Under the pieces are notes generated by a model. That model ran no database searches. It saw only the letters and a list, made by a program, of their open reading frames with translations, and was not told the DNA's origin. Shown here piece by piece: positions 44,282-54,428 of a stretch of 64,000 bases of DNA (the first letter of the stretch is position 1; every line of letters begins with the position of its first letter). Origin of the DNA: Rickettsiales bacterium (GTDB taxonomy: Bacteria; Pseudomonadota; Alphaproteobacteria; Rickettsiales; JABSSG01); NCBI GenBank assembly GCA_047404135.1, contig JBDOIT010000002.1:26439-90438 (forward strand). Reading direction: 5' to 3'. Both the position numbers and the translations under genes were made by a program.

Positions 44282-44599
44282 TTAAGATAATTCCTTTACC
44301 CAATCTAGGATAGTGGTTTTTGTGAGAGCCCCAACTTTTGTAGATACCAATTCACCAGATTTAAAAATCATCATTGTCGGTATGCTCCTCACTCCATATT
44401 TTGTAGGAGTATCTGGGTTTTCGTCTATATTCATTTTATATACTTTTAAAGACCCTTCTTTTTCTTTTGATATCTCATCTAACACAGGAGCTAGTTGCCT
44501 ACAAGGACCGCACCATTCTGCCCAAAAATCCACAAGAACCACTTGGTCTGACTTTAGTACATCTTCGTCGAAGTTTTTATCTGCAATATGTTTTGCCAT
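44282..44599 (-). CDS. trxA: Thioredoxin
   Basis: 105 aa. WAEWCGPC active site and IRSIPT motif. Confidence 0.95.
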   Translation of the reverse strand: MAKHIADKNFDEDVLKSDQVVLVDFWAEWCGPCRQLAPVLDEISKEKEGSLKVYKMNIDENPDTPTKYGVRSIPTMMIFKSGELVSTKVGALTKTTILDWVKELS

Positions 44600-44612
44600 A
44601 ATCTTTTCCTAA

Positions 44613-45491
44613 TTAATTGTTAATCTTGGTGCCACATCCAGTGTCTGTGAATATACTTAATGCCAATGAGTGCGGCAATTTACTATCGATCACATGGATT
44701 GTCTCAATTTTATTTTCTAAAGTACATACACATGTATTTATTATATGCTCCATCTCTTTGTCTGCCGTTCCAGATCTTTGTATATTTAATAATGTATTAT
44801 AGTCTAGATCCTCCACAATTTTTTTACCATCACATACCAACCCTCCTTTATCTGTCATGATCACAAATTTTCTTACAGCCAAAGATGAAACTACAATTGA
44901 AGCTGCTGTCAACGCATTGATATGAAATGTATCATGATTTTCTCCAAAAGCTATAGGAGATATTATAGGAATGAAATCTGTATCCTCTAAAGAGAACAAC
45001 ATATCTGGATTGACTAAAATTGGCTCTCCTGTGAAGCCAAAATCTATCAAGCTTTCTACATTAGAATTAGGGCTAGATTTCGAACTTCTATATTTTTTTG
45101 CTTCTATTAAATTTGCATCTTTACCAGATATCCCTATGGCAATACCACCAGCGCTATTAATTTCACTTACAATTCTTTTATTAACAAGCCCAGAAAGCAC
45201 CATCTCCGCAATACGTATAGAATCCTGATCCATTACTCTAGCACCGTCAATGTACCTTAAAGGTATATTGAACTTTTTGCAGGTGTTTTCAATCTCTTGG
45301 TCACCACCATGCACTACAATCACATTTACTCCTAGCTGCTTCATTAGAACAACATCTTCAGCGAATCTACTTGCAAGATCGTTACTATATAAAGATTCTC
45401 CTTCTAGATATATAACAACAGTCTCACCATAATATTGCTTAATATTAGGAACCAACTCGTTAAGCATGTCAATCTTCTCAGAAAGTTTCAT
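44613..45491 (-). CDS. argB: Acetylglutamate kinase homologue (amino-acid kinase fold), catalytic motifs diverged
   Basis: 292 aa, colinear by eye with ArgB (VVHGG..., LRYIDGARVMD, IAEMVLSG.VNK.IV, GISGKD, IDFGFTGEP, IPIISPIA, HINA.TAA, TDKGG). The lysine/glycine/aspartate catalytic positions appear substituted, as described in the findings. Confidence 0.7.
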   Translation of the reverse strand: MKLSEKIDMLNELVPNIKQYYGETVVIYLEGESLYSNDLASRFAEDVVLMKQLGVNVIVVHGGDQEIENTCKKFNIPLRYIDGARVMDQDSIRIAEMVLSGLVNKRIVSEINSAGGIAIGISGKDANLIEAKKYRSSKSSPNSNVESLIDFGFTGEPILVNPDMLFSLEDTDFIPIISPIAFGENHDTFHINALTAASIVVSSLAVRKFVIMTDKGGLVCDGKKIVEDLDYNTLLNIQRSGTADKEMEHIINTCVCTLENKIETIHVIDSKLPHSLALSIFTDTGCGTKINN

Positions 45492-45532
45492 GTAATCCTT
45501 TGATATTTAGTAGTAAGCATAAAAAGGCGTTT

Positions 45533-47230
45533 TTAAGCTATTAAATTCTCTTTTCTATATGCCCTAGTTTTTATAAAATACTGCTGCACGATAGAAAGCA
45601 AATTACTCCAAGCCCAGTATATCACTAATCCCGCTGGGAATGAAGCAAACATAAACACAAAAATCAATGGCAGGAACTTCATTACTTTCGCCTGCACAGG
45701 GTCTGCGGGCTCTGGGCTCATTTTTTGCTGCACATACATTGTAATAGCCATAATCAAAGGCCATGCACCTATCATTAAGAATGACGGAGGGCTCCAGGGA
45801 ACTAATCCAAATAAGTTGAAAATTGTTGTTGGATCCGGAACAGAAAGATCTCTGATCCAACCATAGAAAGGGGCTTGTCTCATCTCTATTGTAATAAACA
45901 ACACTTTATATAGAGAGAAAAATATCGGAAATTGAACCAATAGAGGTAAACAACCCGATAACGGACTAACCTTCTCTTTCTTGTACAGCTCCATTACAGC
46001 CTGATTCTGCTTCATCTTATCATCAGCATATAGCTCTTTGATTCTATTCATCTCAGGAGCTAATCTCTTCATCTTCGCCATAGAGTAATATGATTTATTC
46101 GCAAGCGGGAATAAGGCGATCTTCACCAAGATAGTCACCATCAATATACTGATACCAAAATTCAAGAATACTTCATGGAAAAATTTTAGTGCAGAGAACA
46201 TAGGCTTAGTAATAAAGTAAAACCAACCGAAATCTACAGCTCTATCAAATAGTTCTAAGTTTAAATATTTCCCATAAAAGTCTAATATAGAAACGTTCTT
46301 AGCCCCAGCAAAGAAATGTACTATATTAGATTCTTGCCCTCCGGATGCAATAACCTCTTCCTGTCCCATATAACTAACCTGGTACCTGTCTTTACCTAGG
46401 TATTTGTTAAATTGAAAAGAAGCATCAAATTTACTAGATTGATCAGGGACTATCGCAGTTAACCAGTATTTATCAGAAATGCCGAACCAGCTCCCGGATT
46501 TATTTTCATCAAAAGAAACGGTTTTTTTTGATTGCAAATCATCATATGTAACTTCATCTAAAATTCCATTAAACACACCTAAAGGCCCCTCGTGAGAAAT
46601 TAGGAATTTATTATCCAAAGAGTAAATTCTGTTAATCAAGGAATAGTCTCTTAAAGACACAGACTTACCACTTCTATTGGTTACAGTTTTCTTGATTGTG
46701 AACATATAATTCTCATCTAGAGAAATTTCTATCTGAAAAGTAATTCCCTGCCTGTTTCTCCAGTTCATTGTTACTTTCTCACCAAAGCGTAGAACTTTTT
46801 TATCTGCATTCCAAACAGTCTGAGCATTTGGCATATCTATTCCATTTGCCTCGGACACCCAACCAAATTCAGTAAAATATGCTTCCTTTGTTTTAGATGG
46901 ATTAAGTAAGATTACTTTCTCTGGATCATCTATGGATTTGTTATAATCCTTCAGAATAAGATCATCTATACGCGCACCAACTAACGATATAGAGCCCTCT
47001 ATTTTTTTTCCCTCTATCCTAACTCTCTGGTATGATCTCAGGATACTCCCCCTATCTATAAATTTTTCAACTTTCTTCTTGGCTTTAGACCTAATTACAG
47101 CTCTTTTCTTCTTAATATTAGCTTGTTTCTCGTATTCTTTCATACGAGGCATTTCATAGAAGTACTGCCAACCAGCCAAAACGGCTACGGCTAGAACCAT
47201 TGCGATAATTAAATTTTTGAAATCAGACAT
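45533..47230 (-). CDS. yidC: Membrane protein insertase YidC
   Basis: 565 aa. An N-terminal TM, a large periplasmic P1 domain and a C-terminal 60-kDa IMP core (NFGISILMVTILVKIALFPL, PLSGCLPLLVQFPIFFSLY). Confidence 0.95.
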   Translation of the reverse strand: MSDFKNLIIAMVLAVAVLAGWQYFYEMPRMKEYEKQANIKKKRAVIRSKAKKKVEKFIDRGSILRSYQRVRIEGKKIEGSISLVGARIDDLILKDYNKSIDDPEKVILLNPSKTKEAYFTEFGWVSEANGIDMPNAQTVWNADKKVLRFGEKVTMNWRNRQGITFQIEISLDENYMFTIKKTVTNRSGKSVSLRDYSLINRIYSLDNKFLISHEGPLGVFNGILDEVTYDDLQSKKTVSFDENKSGSWFGISDKYWLTAIVPDQSSKFDASFQFNKYLGKDRYQVSYMGQEEVIASGGQESNIVHFFAGAKNVSILDFYGKYLNLELFDRAVDFGWFYFITKPMFSALKFFHEVFLNFGISILMVTILVKIALFPLANKSYYSMAKMKRLAPEMNRIKELYADDKMKQNQAVMELYKKEKVSPLSGCLPLLVQFPIFFSLYKVLFITIEMRQAPFYGWIRDLSVPDPTTIFNLFGLVPWSPPSFLMIGAWPLIMAITMYVQQKMSPEPADPVQAKVMKFLPLIFVFMFASFPAGLVIYWAWSNLLSIVQQYFIKTRAYRKENLIA

Positions 47231-47260
47231 ATTCTATAGATAGTTTCAGTGTGGATTAAT

Positions 47261-47288
47261 AAGATATAGCTTATTCGCCCAATGTCAA
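47261..47288 (-). promoter_or_regulatory. Candidate promoter for yidC
   Basis: The minus strand reads TTGACA, a 16-nt spacer, then TATCTT. Ends about 30 nt upstream of the yidC ATG. Confidence 0.3.
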
Positions 47289-47602
47289 AGAAGATTTTTC
47301 CTATCTCTAACAACACTGCCCTAAGAATTTTTTATATATCGCAGACCACCTTTGTTGCCAAATTCTTTCTTAAGCTCAAACCTTTTGCCAAGAATAGAAG
47401 ACACATCTGCAGTTGACAAAGCGCCTCTTTTTTATTACCAAAATAATACGAAAGAATCACAGATTATGATTTAGCATTTGATCCTCTTGCTCGGCTGGCG
47501 CCGTTAGATTAAGTTGTTGCCATACAAAATCTACATGTAAAATACCTGAAGAAATAACATCACAAGGAGAGATGCCTGAACCTACATAGATAAAGCGGAG
47601 AC

Positions 47603-47869
47603 TCATTTCTCGGCACTCCTCTTTTTTCCCTTAGGCACTGGATCATATCCGCTGTCTCCCCATGGGTGGCATCTTAATATTCTACGCACACCTGAAAACA
47701 CCCCTATTATTCCATGTTTGTTTATTGATTCAAGCATATATTCTGAGCAAGTTGGCATGAATCTACATGCATTTGGCAATATAGGTGAGATACAATATTG
47801 ATATATTTTTACCAACATAATAACCAGTATGTTTATAGGAAAGAAAACGGTATTAATGATTCTTCTCAC
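47603..47869 (-). CDS. yidD: Membrane protein insertion efficiency factor YidD
   Basis: 88 aa. [22 protein letters not shown]...[14 protein letters not shown] signature. Confidence 0.9.
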   Translation of the reverse strand: MRRIINTVFFPINILVIMLVKIYQYCISPILPNACRFMPTCSEYMLESINKHGIIGVFSGVRRILRCHPWGDSGYDPVPKGKKRSAEK

Positions 47870-47873
47870 TTAT

Positions 47874-48194
47874 CTATATTTTATGGTTAAAAAATTTCTC
47901 TATCTGGATTTTGATATCTGAATATTCTACACCAAGAATACTTTTCTTTGGAATAAATAGCATATCATAGGGCAGCTTATTGCTTTCGCTATACAGTCTA
48001 ACTATTTCTCTTATTCTTCTTCTGACCTTGTTACGAATTACTGAATTAGCAAGTTTGCGAGAAAGTGCAAAAGCTATTCTTGTTTCTATATGATTGGGTA
48101 AATATACGATAGTAATATAAGGAAGGTTGAATCTACGACCATCCTTTCTCATCTTAGAGAAGTCTGATTTGTTATTTAATGTTTTGATTTTCAT
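47874..48194 (-). CDS. rnpA: Ribonuclease P protein component
   Basis: 106 aa, basic. Contains the RNR-type motif (ANSVIRNKVRRRIREI). Lies immediately downstream of rpmH. Confidence 0.85.
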   Translation of the reverse strand: MKIKTLNNKSDFSKMRKDGRRFNLPYITIVYLPNHIETRIAFALSRKLANSVIRNKVRRRIREIVRLYSESNKLPYDMLFIPKKSILGVEYSDIKIQIEKFFNHKI

Positions 48195-48203
48195 TAAGCG
48201 ACA

Positions 48204-48338
48204 CTAAGCGGAAAGAACCTTTCGCCCCTTAGCTCTTCTGGCATTGATAACTTTTCTACCACCAACAGTCTCCATACGGGATCTGAAGCCATGTCTTCTT
48301 TTTCTGACTAAATTACTTGGTTGATATGTACGTTTCAT
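48204..48338 (-). CDS. rpmH: 50S ribosomal protein L34
   Basis: Not in the ORF track because it is shorter than 60 aa. The minus strand translates to [44 protein letters not shown], 44 aa and near-consensus L34. Confidence 0.92.
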   Translation of the reverse strand: MKRTYQPSNLVRKRRHGFRSRMETVGGRKVINARRAKGRKVLSA

Positions 48339-48400
48339 CTTTTTAAAAAATTAGTGGTGGGTATTTAATATCCTATATAGAACCCGTAGTCAACGAAAAA

Positions 48401-49780
48401 TCACAATATTAACAAAGAAGCTAGGCCTAAAAACACAAAAAAGCCTAGGAAATCTGTTAAAAATGTCAAAAACACCCCAGATGATATAGCAGGATCCAAC
48501 CCTATCTTATCTATTGTAATAGGAATCATAGACCCCCAGAACCCAGCCAATAGGAAGTTTATTGTCACAGAGAGAGCAAAAACAGCACATACATCCATAT
48601 CTCTATAAAGCAAAAACAATATCCCGCCTCCTATAAGACCCAGCATTAGCCCATTCAATCCACATGCAGCAATTTCTTTTAACACAACATGAGATATATT
48701 GGATGTCGTAATATCTTTATTTGCAATCGCACGCACAGAAACAGTTACAGTCTGCGTCCCCGCATTCCCGCCCATAGAGGCCACTATAATCATTATAGCT
48801 GCTAAAATAATTTTTTGTTCTACTTGATGTTGGAATGTTGATATAACTAGAGAAGTAAGGCAGGCAGTAAGCAAATTAAAGAATAGCCATGGAAATCTTT
48901 GTGTGGCTGTCTTAAAAAAGGCAGTATAAAGGTCACTAACATTAACACCACCAAGCTTCATTATATCTTCTTCAGCTTCCTCTTCCACCACATCAACAAT
49001 TTGATCTATATATATCACACCAACCATTTTTTTCTGGCTATTGATCACAGGCGCAGAGTTCAAATCATAATGCCTGAACATATAAGCAACTTCCTCCTGA
49101 TCCAAAGAAACGTCTATAGCTTTAAACTCCTGATTCATCACTTCACGAAGTCTATCGCTCCTTTTATGTCGAATAAGTTTACTTATGTGAATTATCCCAA
49201 CAGGTTTTTCTTTTGAATCTACAACAAAAATTTCATCATAATCATCCGGAAGATCTTCATTGCCTGTTAAATAAGTCAGAACCTGCCCTACTGTTTTATT
49301 TTGGCTCACATGAACATAGTCACGCATCATCAAAACACCGGCACTATTCTTTGGATAGGATAGACCTTTCAGTATTACTTTTCTTTTTGCAGTGGGAAGC
49401 CCTAAAACAACATTAAGCCTTTCTTCTTCGTCAAGATCTTCAATAAGCGCCAATGTCTCGGTTACATCCAGCATCTCCACAAGAGAAGTAAATCTTTTTT
49501 TCCCTAATATTCTTCTAAATGCCCTAAGAACATCAACTTCGAATTCAAGTAATATCTCGGGCTCTAATTTGTAGCCCATCACCCTTAGAATTTTACCTCT
49601 ATTAGCATTACTCGCAAAGTTCAGATAGTCAGCAAGGTCAGCATAGTGAATAGAGGTAACAAGATCTTTCAAGAGGTTATCTTCCTTTGTCTCAAGAGCT
49701 TCGTTAATAGACTCGGTAAGATCATCCTTAGTGATTGTGCTTTTAGAAATTTCTTCTTTAGGAATATTTGCTTGAGTCAT
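48401..49780 (-). CDS. mgtE: Magnesium transporter MgtE
   Basis: 459 aa. An MgtE N-domain, a tandem CBS pair and a 5-TM C-terminal channel domain (GGNAGTQT..., TDFLGFFVFLGLA). Confidence 0.95.
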   Translation of the reverse strand: MTQANIPKEEISKSTITKDDLTESINEALETKEDNLLKDLVTSIHYADLADYLNFASNANRGKILRVMGYKLEPEILLEFEVDVLRAFRRILGKKRFTSLVEMLDVTETLALIEDLDEEERLNVVLGLPTAKRKVILKGLSYPKNSAGVLMMRDYVHVSQNKTVGQVLTYLTGNEDLPDDYDEIFVVDSKEKPVGIIHISKLIRHKRSDRLREVMNQEFKAIDVSLDQEEVAYMFRHYDLNSAPVINSQKKMVGVIYIDQIVDVVEEEAEEDIMKLGGVNVSDLYTAFFKTATQRFPWLFFNLLTACLTSLVISTFQHQVEQKIILAAIMIIVASMGGNAGTQTVTVSVRAIANKDITTSNISHVVLKEIAACGLNGLMLGLIGGGILFLLYRDMDVCAVFALSVTINFLLAGFWGSMIPITIDKIGLDPAISSGVFLTFLTDFLGFFVFLGLASLLIL

Positions 49781-49827
49781 CTTTAACGCCCTTGCTTTTT
49801 AACCCCAATACACATATTAGGAAATTT

Positions 49828-49912
49828 TGGTGCGGTCGAGAAGATTTGAACTTCCACTCCATAAGGAACAGCACCCTCAATGCTGCGCGTCTACCAATTC
49901 CGCCACGACCGC
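49828..49912 (-). tRNA. tRNA-Leu (anticodon GAG)
   Basis: 85 nt. Acceptor GCGGTCG/CGACCGC. The D-arm is GCG-GAATTGGTAGA-CGC. The anticodon arm is CAGCA-TTGAGGG-TGCTG. It has a long variable arm, a T-arm GGAAG-TTCAAAT-CTTCT, discriminator A and encoded CCA. Confidence 0.9.
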
Positions 49913-49977
49913 AAATCTTACAACTTTTAGCTTACAAATGCAACAGCACAAGATTTAAAAAAAACCTAACGCATAGT

Positions 49978-50508
49978 TTATTTGTTTTTTGCCCTATCTA
50001 TAGACTCTACAATTAACTGTTGTGCCTTATTTTCATCGTCCCATCCTTGTATTTTTACCCATTTTCCTTTTTCAAGAGTCTTATATTGCTCAAAGAAATG
50101 GGCGATACGATCAGTAACAATTTCAGGCAAATCTTTATAGGATTTTACGTCGCTATAGTAAGGGCTCGTCTTGTCTACAGGAACAGCTAAAATTTTCTCA
50201 TCTACACCAGAATCATCTTCCATAAGCAAAACACCTACTGGTCTTGCTTTTATTACACAGCCCGCAACTAGAGGCATATCCGCAATAACCAAAACGTCAC
50301 AAGGGTCTCCATCTTGAGAAAGAGTCTGAGGAATAAAACCATAATTATATGGGTAAACCATAGAAGTAAGAACAAATCTATCTACAAACAATGCTCCTGA
50401 TTCTTTATCAATTTCATACTTCACAGGTGGGCTCCCTGCGGGTATTTCTATTATCACATTAATCTCTTCTGGTGGATTTTTACCTGGGCTAATTCTATCT
50501 ATATTCAT
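49978..50508 (-). CDS. ppa: Inorganic pyrophosphatase (family I)
   Basis: 176 aa. [20 protein letters not shown] and [12 protein letters not shown] motifs. Confidence 0.95.
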   Translation of the reverse strand: MNIDRISPGKNPPEEINVIIEIPAGSPPVKYEIDKESGALFVDRFVLTSMVYPYNYGFIPQTLSQDGDPCDVLVIADMPLVAGCVIKARPVGVLLMEDDSGVDEKILAVPVDKTSPYYSDVKSYKDLPEIVTDRIAHFFEQYKTLEKGKWVKIQGWDDENKAQQLIVESIDRAKNK

Positions 50509-50653
50509 ACATCTAGTAATGGCTTTTTTAAAAAAATGACGTATGTATTCTTTATCATGGAAACACTCCCATGAAAAGAAATATATTTTATAACGTTGAT
50601 TTCCTTTGCTTTCTGGGTATTATAGTGTCGCTCTTTCAAGTTGTCCATATCAA

Positions 50654-50741
50654 GGAGGGATGGCCGAGTGGTTTAAGGCGCACGCCTGGAAAGCGTGTTG
50701 ACAGCAATGTCTCGGGGGTTCGAATCCCCCTCTCTCCTCCA
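50654..50741 (+). tRNA. tRNA-Ser (anticodon GGA)
   Basis: 88 nt. Acceptor GGAGGGA/TCTCTCC with one G.U pair. The D-arm is GCC-GAGTGGTTTAA-GGC. The anticodon arm is CACGC-CTGGAAA-GCGTG. It has a long variable arm, a T-arm GGGGG-TTCGAAT-CCCCC and encoded CCA. Confidence 0.9.
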
Positions 50742-51218
50742 GAATCCTCATGATCTTTTTGGCACCTATCTGCCATCCCCCCTAGGGGTCTTGCTAAAAT
50801 TCTTTAGATCTTTTTTGTCCCTTCCGTAATATCCTTCTATATACAATCCGTAATCGCACCTTCTATTGCATATAAATATGCTGCATTATTGGCTCAATAA
50901 AACCCTCCTGACTCATCTATTTTAAGATACACACCTCTGTACCCAGAATTCGCATAGAGTCAGTATTATATAGATTCTCAGCTATTTTTGCTCCCCTATT
51001 TATAATGTTCCTCAGATTCTCTATGATCTTATTTTTTCATTCATTCAAAAACTAAAATAACAACAAAGCAGTATACTTACCCATACCGCACTTATATATT
51101 ACTCACAAAAAATTATTCAAACTATTTATTAGAGTTATCTTAATCCAAGACAAACAATCCCACGCAATAAGAAAAACCTATTGTATTTATCTTTTTAATC
51201 CATATTTTATAATTCTAA

Positions 51219-51227
51219 TGCTATAAT
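51219..51227 (+). promoter_or_regulatory. Candidate extended -10 promoter (TGCTATAAT) for the T1SS operon
   Basis: A perfect TGnTATAAT about 60 nt upstream of the ABC gene ATG. It is the same 10-mer, ATGCTATAAT, found upstream of the VirB2-like gene. Confidence 0.3.
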
Positions 51228-51287
51228 AGTATTAATCCTTAATTAACCCTTGTCCTACTTAATTTACTATTCAATATATTTGAAAAC

Positions 51288-53039
51288 ATGAATAATTTCG
51301 TCGCTACAGAAGAAGACAAAAAAAACAATCCCCTGACAAAAGCATTACAAGACTGCAAAAAGGCTTTTGTTGTAACATTCTTATTTTCTTTCGGTGTAAA
51401 TCTTCTTAACCTAATAACTCCGTTATACTCACTCCAGGTTCTTGATAGAGTGCTTGGTAGCGGGAATAAATCCACATTGTTGGTACTAACTGCGATTATA
51501 TTCTTTATATATGTATCTCATACATTATTACAAATCTCTAGATCCTTTATACTAATAAAAACAGGAGAATGGTTGGATAAAAAAATATCACCTCAATTAT
51601 TCTCTCACGCAGTAAGAACTGCATCAGTAAGGCCGTCTTTAGGTGGAAGCCAAGTAATACGTGAGTTCAACACAATAAAGCAGTTCCTAACAAGTATTGG
51701 TATCAATAGCTTATTTGATGCTCCTTGGTCTATTATTTATATAATCGTTGTATTCCTTATCCACCCTTATCTAGGTTGGATCACAGTCATTGGAGTAATT
51801 ATGGCTTTATTTATGGCTATGTTAAATGCTCGTTCCGTGAACGCAAGCCTTTCTGAGTCTAATGAAGCGAATATCAAAGGTCACCATATGGCTGAGATAT
51901 CAACAAGAAATGCAGAAACAATTCAGGCGATGGGAATGCTAGATAGAGTTCAGCAACGTTGGGCTGCTATTAACTCGAAATCCTTACAACTTCAATCTAT
52001 AGCAAGTTATAGAAATGGTATCATATCCAATATCACAAAATTCTTCAGAGCATTAATACAAGTATCTGTAACGGGAACCGGTGCATACTTGGTTATTTCA
52101 ACGGGTGGACAAGAAATGACAGCTGGTTACATGATTGCATCCTCTATCATTGTTGGTAGAGCGTTGTCTCCTTTTGATGGGGCGGTAGATATATGGAAGC
52201 AAGCAAGCAATGCCATGAAGTCTTATAAGAAAATTGTTTCTTTCTTAGGCGCAAATACTCATAAGGACGAAGGGCTTTCTGTATCAAATCCTTCAGGAAA
52301 AATTACTGTAGAGAATTTATTTTTTGCGCATCCAGGAAAAGCTCCTACAAGCCAGCCAAACTACACCTTAAAAGGACTCAACTTCACATTAGAGCAAGGG
52401 AAATCTTTAGCTATTATAGGAGCTAATGCTGCAGGTAAATCCACTCTATCTAGGTTATTAGTAGGTGTATGGAAGCCCACCACTGGCCATGTAAGGCTTG
52501 ATGATATAGACGTTACCTCATGGAAACGTAAAGAATTTGGAAAACATCTAGGTTACCTCCCACAGGGCGTTCAGTTATTCAACGGAACAATAAAAGAAAA
52601 CATAGCAAGAATGGATCCAGATCCCAACCCTGAGTCAGTAATAAAGGCGGCAAAGTTTGCTGATGCGCATGACCTTATCTCCAAGCTACCGAATGGATAC
52701 GATACAGATATAGGTATTGCTGGTTCATCTCTTTCTGGTGGACAAAGGCAAAGAATAGGTCTTGCTAGAGCATTCTACGGAAACCCAAAAGTTGTGATAC
52801 TAGATGAGCCAAATGCTAACCTTGATGAAAAGGGAGAAAAATCCCTTATGGAGTCACTGAATAACTCAAAAGAGCACTCTATTACCTCTATAATTGTCTC
52901 TCATAGACCAAGTATACTATCCTATGTAGATATGATTATGGTTCTTCAGGAAGGAATGATAGTGGCATACGGACCTAGAGACGAGGTACTAGCTAGATTT
53001 AACCAAGCAAAATCTCCAGAAAAGCAATCAGAGAAATAA
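51288..53039 (+). CDS. Type I secretion system ABC permease/ATPase (PrtD/AprD type, no C39 peptidase domain)
   Basis: 583 aa. The N-terminus FSFGVNLLNLITPLYSLQVLDRVLGSGNKSTLLVL is typical of PrtD-family T1SS exporters. It has six TM segments. Walker A GANAAGKST, signature LSGGQRQRIGLARA and Walker B VILDEP. Confidence 0.9.
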   Translation: MNNFVATEEDKKNNPLTKALQDCKKAFVVTFLFSFGVNLLNLITPLYSLQVLDRVLGSGNKSTLLVLTAIIFFIYVSHTLLQISRSFILIKTGEWLDKKISPQLFSHAVRTASVRPSLGGSQVIREFNTIKQFLTSIGINSLFDAPWSIIYIIVVFLIHPYLGWITVIGVIMALFMAMLNARSVNASLSESNEANIKGHHMAEISTRNAETIQAMGMLDRVQQRWAAINSKSLQLQSIASYRNGIISNITKFFRALIQVSVTGTGAYLVISTGGQEMTAGYMIASSIIVGRALSPFDGAVDIWKQASNAMKSYKKIVSFLGANTHKDEGLSVSNPSGKITVENLFFAHPGKAPTSQPNYTLKGLNFTLEQGKSLAIIGANAAGKSTLSRLLVGVWKPTTGHVRLDDIDVTSWKRKEFGKHLGYLPQGVQLFNGTIKENIARMDPDPNPESVIKAAKFADAHDLISKLPNGYDTDIGIAGSSLSGGQRQRIGLARAFYGNPKVVILDEPNANLDEKGEKSLMESLNNSKEHSITSIIVSHRPSILSYVDMIMVLQEGMIVAYGPRDEVLARFNQAKSPEKQSEK

Positions 53040-53056
53040 TAAAATAGCTATAAAAA

Positions 53057-54412
53057 ATGACAAAAGAAGATAAAAACAAAAAACCTACTAAAGCTGTCAA
53101 AGCAGAAAAGGTATCAAAATCTGAGAAGGGACAAGTAGAATATAATTACTCCGTGAATCTATCTGGCGGCGCATCCAAACCAAGGCAAACTGACACTGAA
53201 TCTGCTCCTTCCCAACCTGAACTTCAAAGATCTCTTGAAGCACTAAGAAATAATCCTCAAGCTATGGAGATGCTAAAGAACGCTTTGAGTCAACAAAAAA
53301 ATCCTCTTACAAAAAAGAAAGCAGCGGTAGAAAAAGCAAAAAAGATTACTGCATCTAGCATACAAAAGTCTTTAAAATCCAGCCTTCAAAAAGTAGACAT
53401 ATTGATGAACTACATCATCAAAAAAGATGGGCCAAATAGAAATGACTTACTACAACAAGCTCGTCCCCCAATATTATTTGGTTTATGGGTGGCATTTTTT
53501 ACTTTTATTGTAGCTGGCATATGGTCAGGATTTGCCCCTCTAGACAGCTCTTCTCACGCCACAGGTTTTGTTGTGCCAACTTCAAAAAAGCAAGTAATAC
53601 AGCATAAAGAAGGGGGGATATTAGAAAAAATATATGTGACAGAAGGCTCTCAAGTTGAAGCAGCAGACCCCTTAGCAAAACTAAGCGACAAAGTAGTAAA
53701 AGCTCAAATTGTAGGATTTAAAGCGCAGAAAAAATCCTTAGAGAAGCAACTATCTCTTACTACAGAGCAATTACATGAAATGAATAAATTGTTTGCCGAA
53801 GGCTTTGTGCAAAAAGAAAAAATTATACAATTACAATCCAGAGAGGCAGATATTATAGCAAATCTTAGCGAAGTAGAATCAAGGATTATTTCTGGAGAAG
53901 AAAGCTTAGATAGGTTAGTAATATCAGCACCTATCAGTGGAACTGTAAACCAAGTACAATTTCATACTATAGGAGCAGTTGTGCCTCAAGGAGGAACTTT
54001 AATGACAATAACTCCTGAAGATGACAATCTTATCGTAGAGGCTTATGTAAGGCCAGATGATATCGACATGGTATATGTAGGGTTGAAAGCAAAAATCAGA
54101 ATTTCAGCTTTTAAACATCGAAGCGTTTCTCCTCTAGAGGGAATTGTTTCTCATATTTCATCAGATGTTGTTGAAGCGCCACAATATCATCAATCTCAGG
54201 AGTCCATGATATTGCAACAGCAAGGTCTTCAGTACAGGGTTAAAATTGAAATAGACAAATCTCAATTATCAAAAATATCTAAATATCGTAATTACGAATT
54301 ACACCCAGGTATGATGGCAGATGTTATGATTGTCACAGGAGAAAGAACTGTGTTACAATATTTAATGGACCCGATAACATCTACCTTTTGGCATGCATTT
54401 GTTGAAAAGTAA
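53057..54412 (+). CDS. Type I secretion membrane fusion protein (HlyD/AprE family)
   Basis: 451 aa. A single TM at about residues 138-158, a coiled-coil hairpin, lipoyl/beta-barrel segments, and a C-terminal HPGMMADVMIVTGERTVLQYLMDP typical of T1SS MFPs. About 135 Lys/Ser-rich residues precede the TM. Confidence 0.88.
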   Translation: MTKEDKNKKPTKAVKAEKVSKSEKGQVEYNYSVNLSGGASKPRQTDTESAPSQPELQRSLEALRNNPQAMEMLKNALSQQKNPLTKKKAAVEKAKKITASSIQKSLKSSLQKVDILMNYIIKKDGPNRNDLLQQARPPILFGLWVAFFTFIVAGIWSGFAPLDSSSHATGFVVPTSKKQVIQHKEGGILEKIYVTEGSQVEAADPLAKLSDKVVKAQIVGFKAQKKSLEKQLSLTTEQLHEMNKLFAEGFVQKEKIIQLQSREADIIANLSEVESRIISGEESLDRLVISAPISGTVNQVQFHTIGAVVPQGGTLMTITPEDDNLIVEAYVRPDDIDMVYVGLKAKIRISAFKHRSVSPLEGIVSHISSDVVEAPQYHQSQESMILQQQGLQYRVKIEIDKSQLSKISKYRNYELHPGMMADVMIVTGERTVLQYLMDPITSTFWHAFVEK

Positions 54413-54428
54413 GCATTGATTACTTGGT

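Noticed and set aside
49768-50016. An 82-aa ORF at 49768-50016, and a 60-aa ORF at 50571-50753.
   Set aside because: They run across tRNA-Leu(GAG) and tRNA-Ser(GGA) respectively, and the tRNA cloverleaves explain the sequence.
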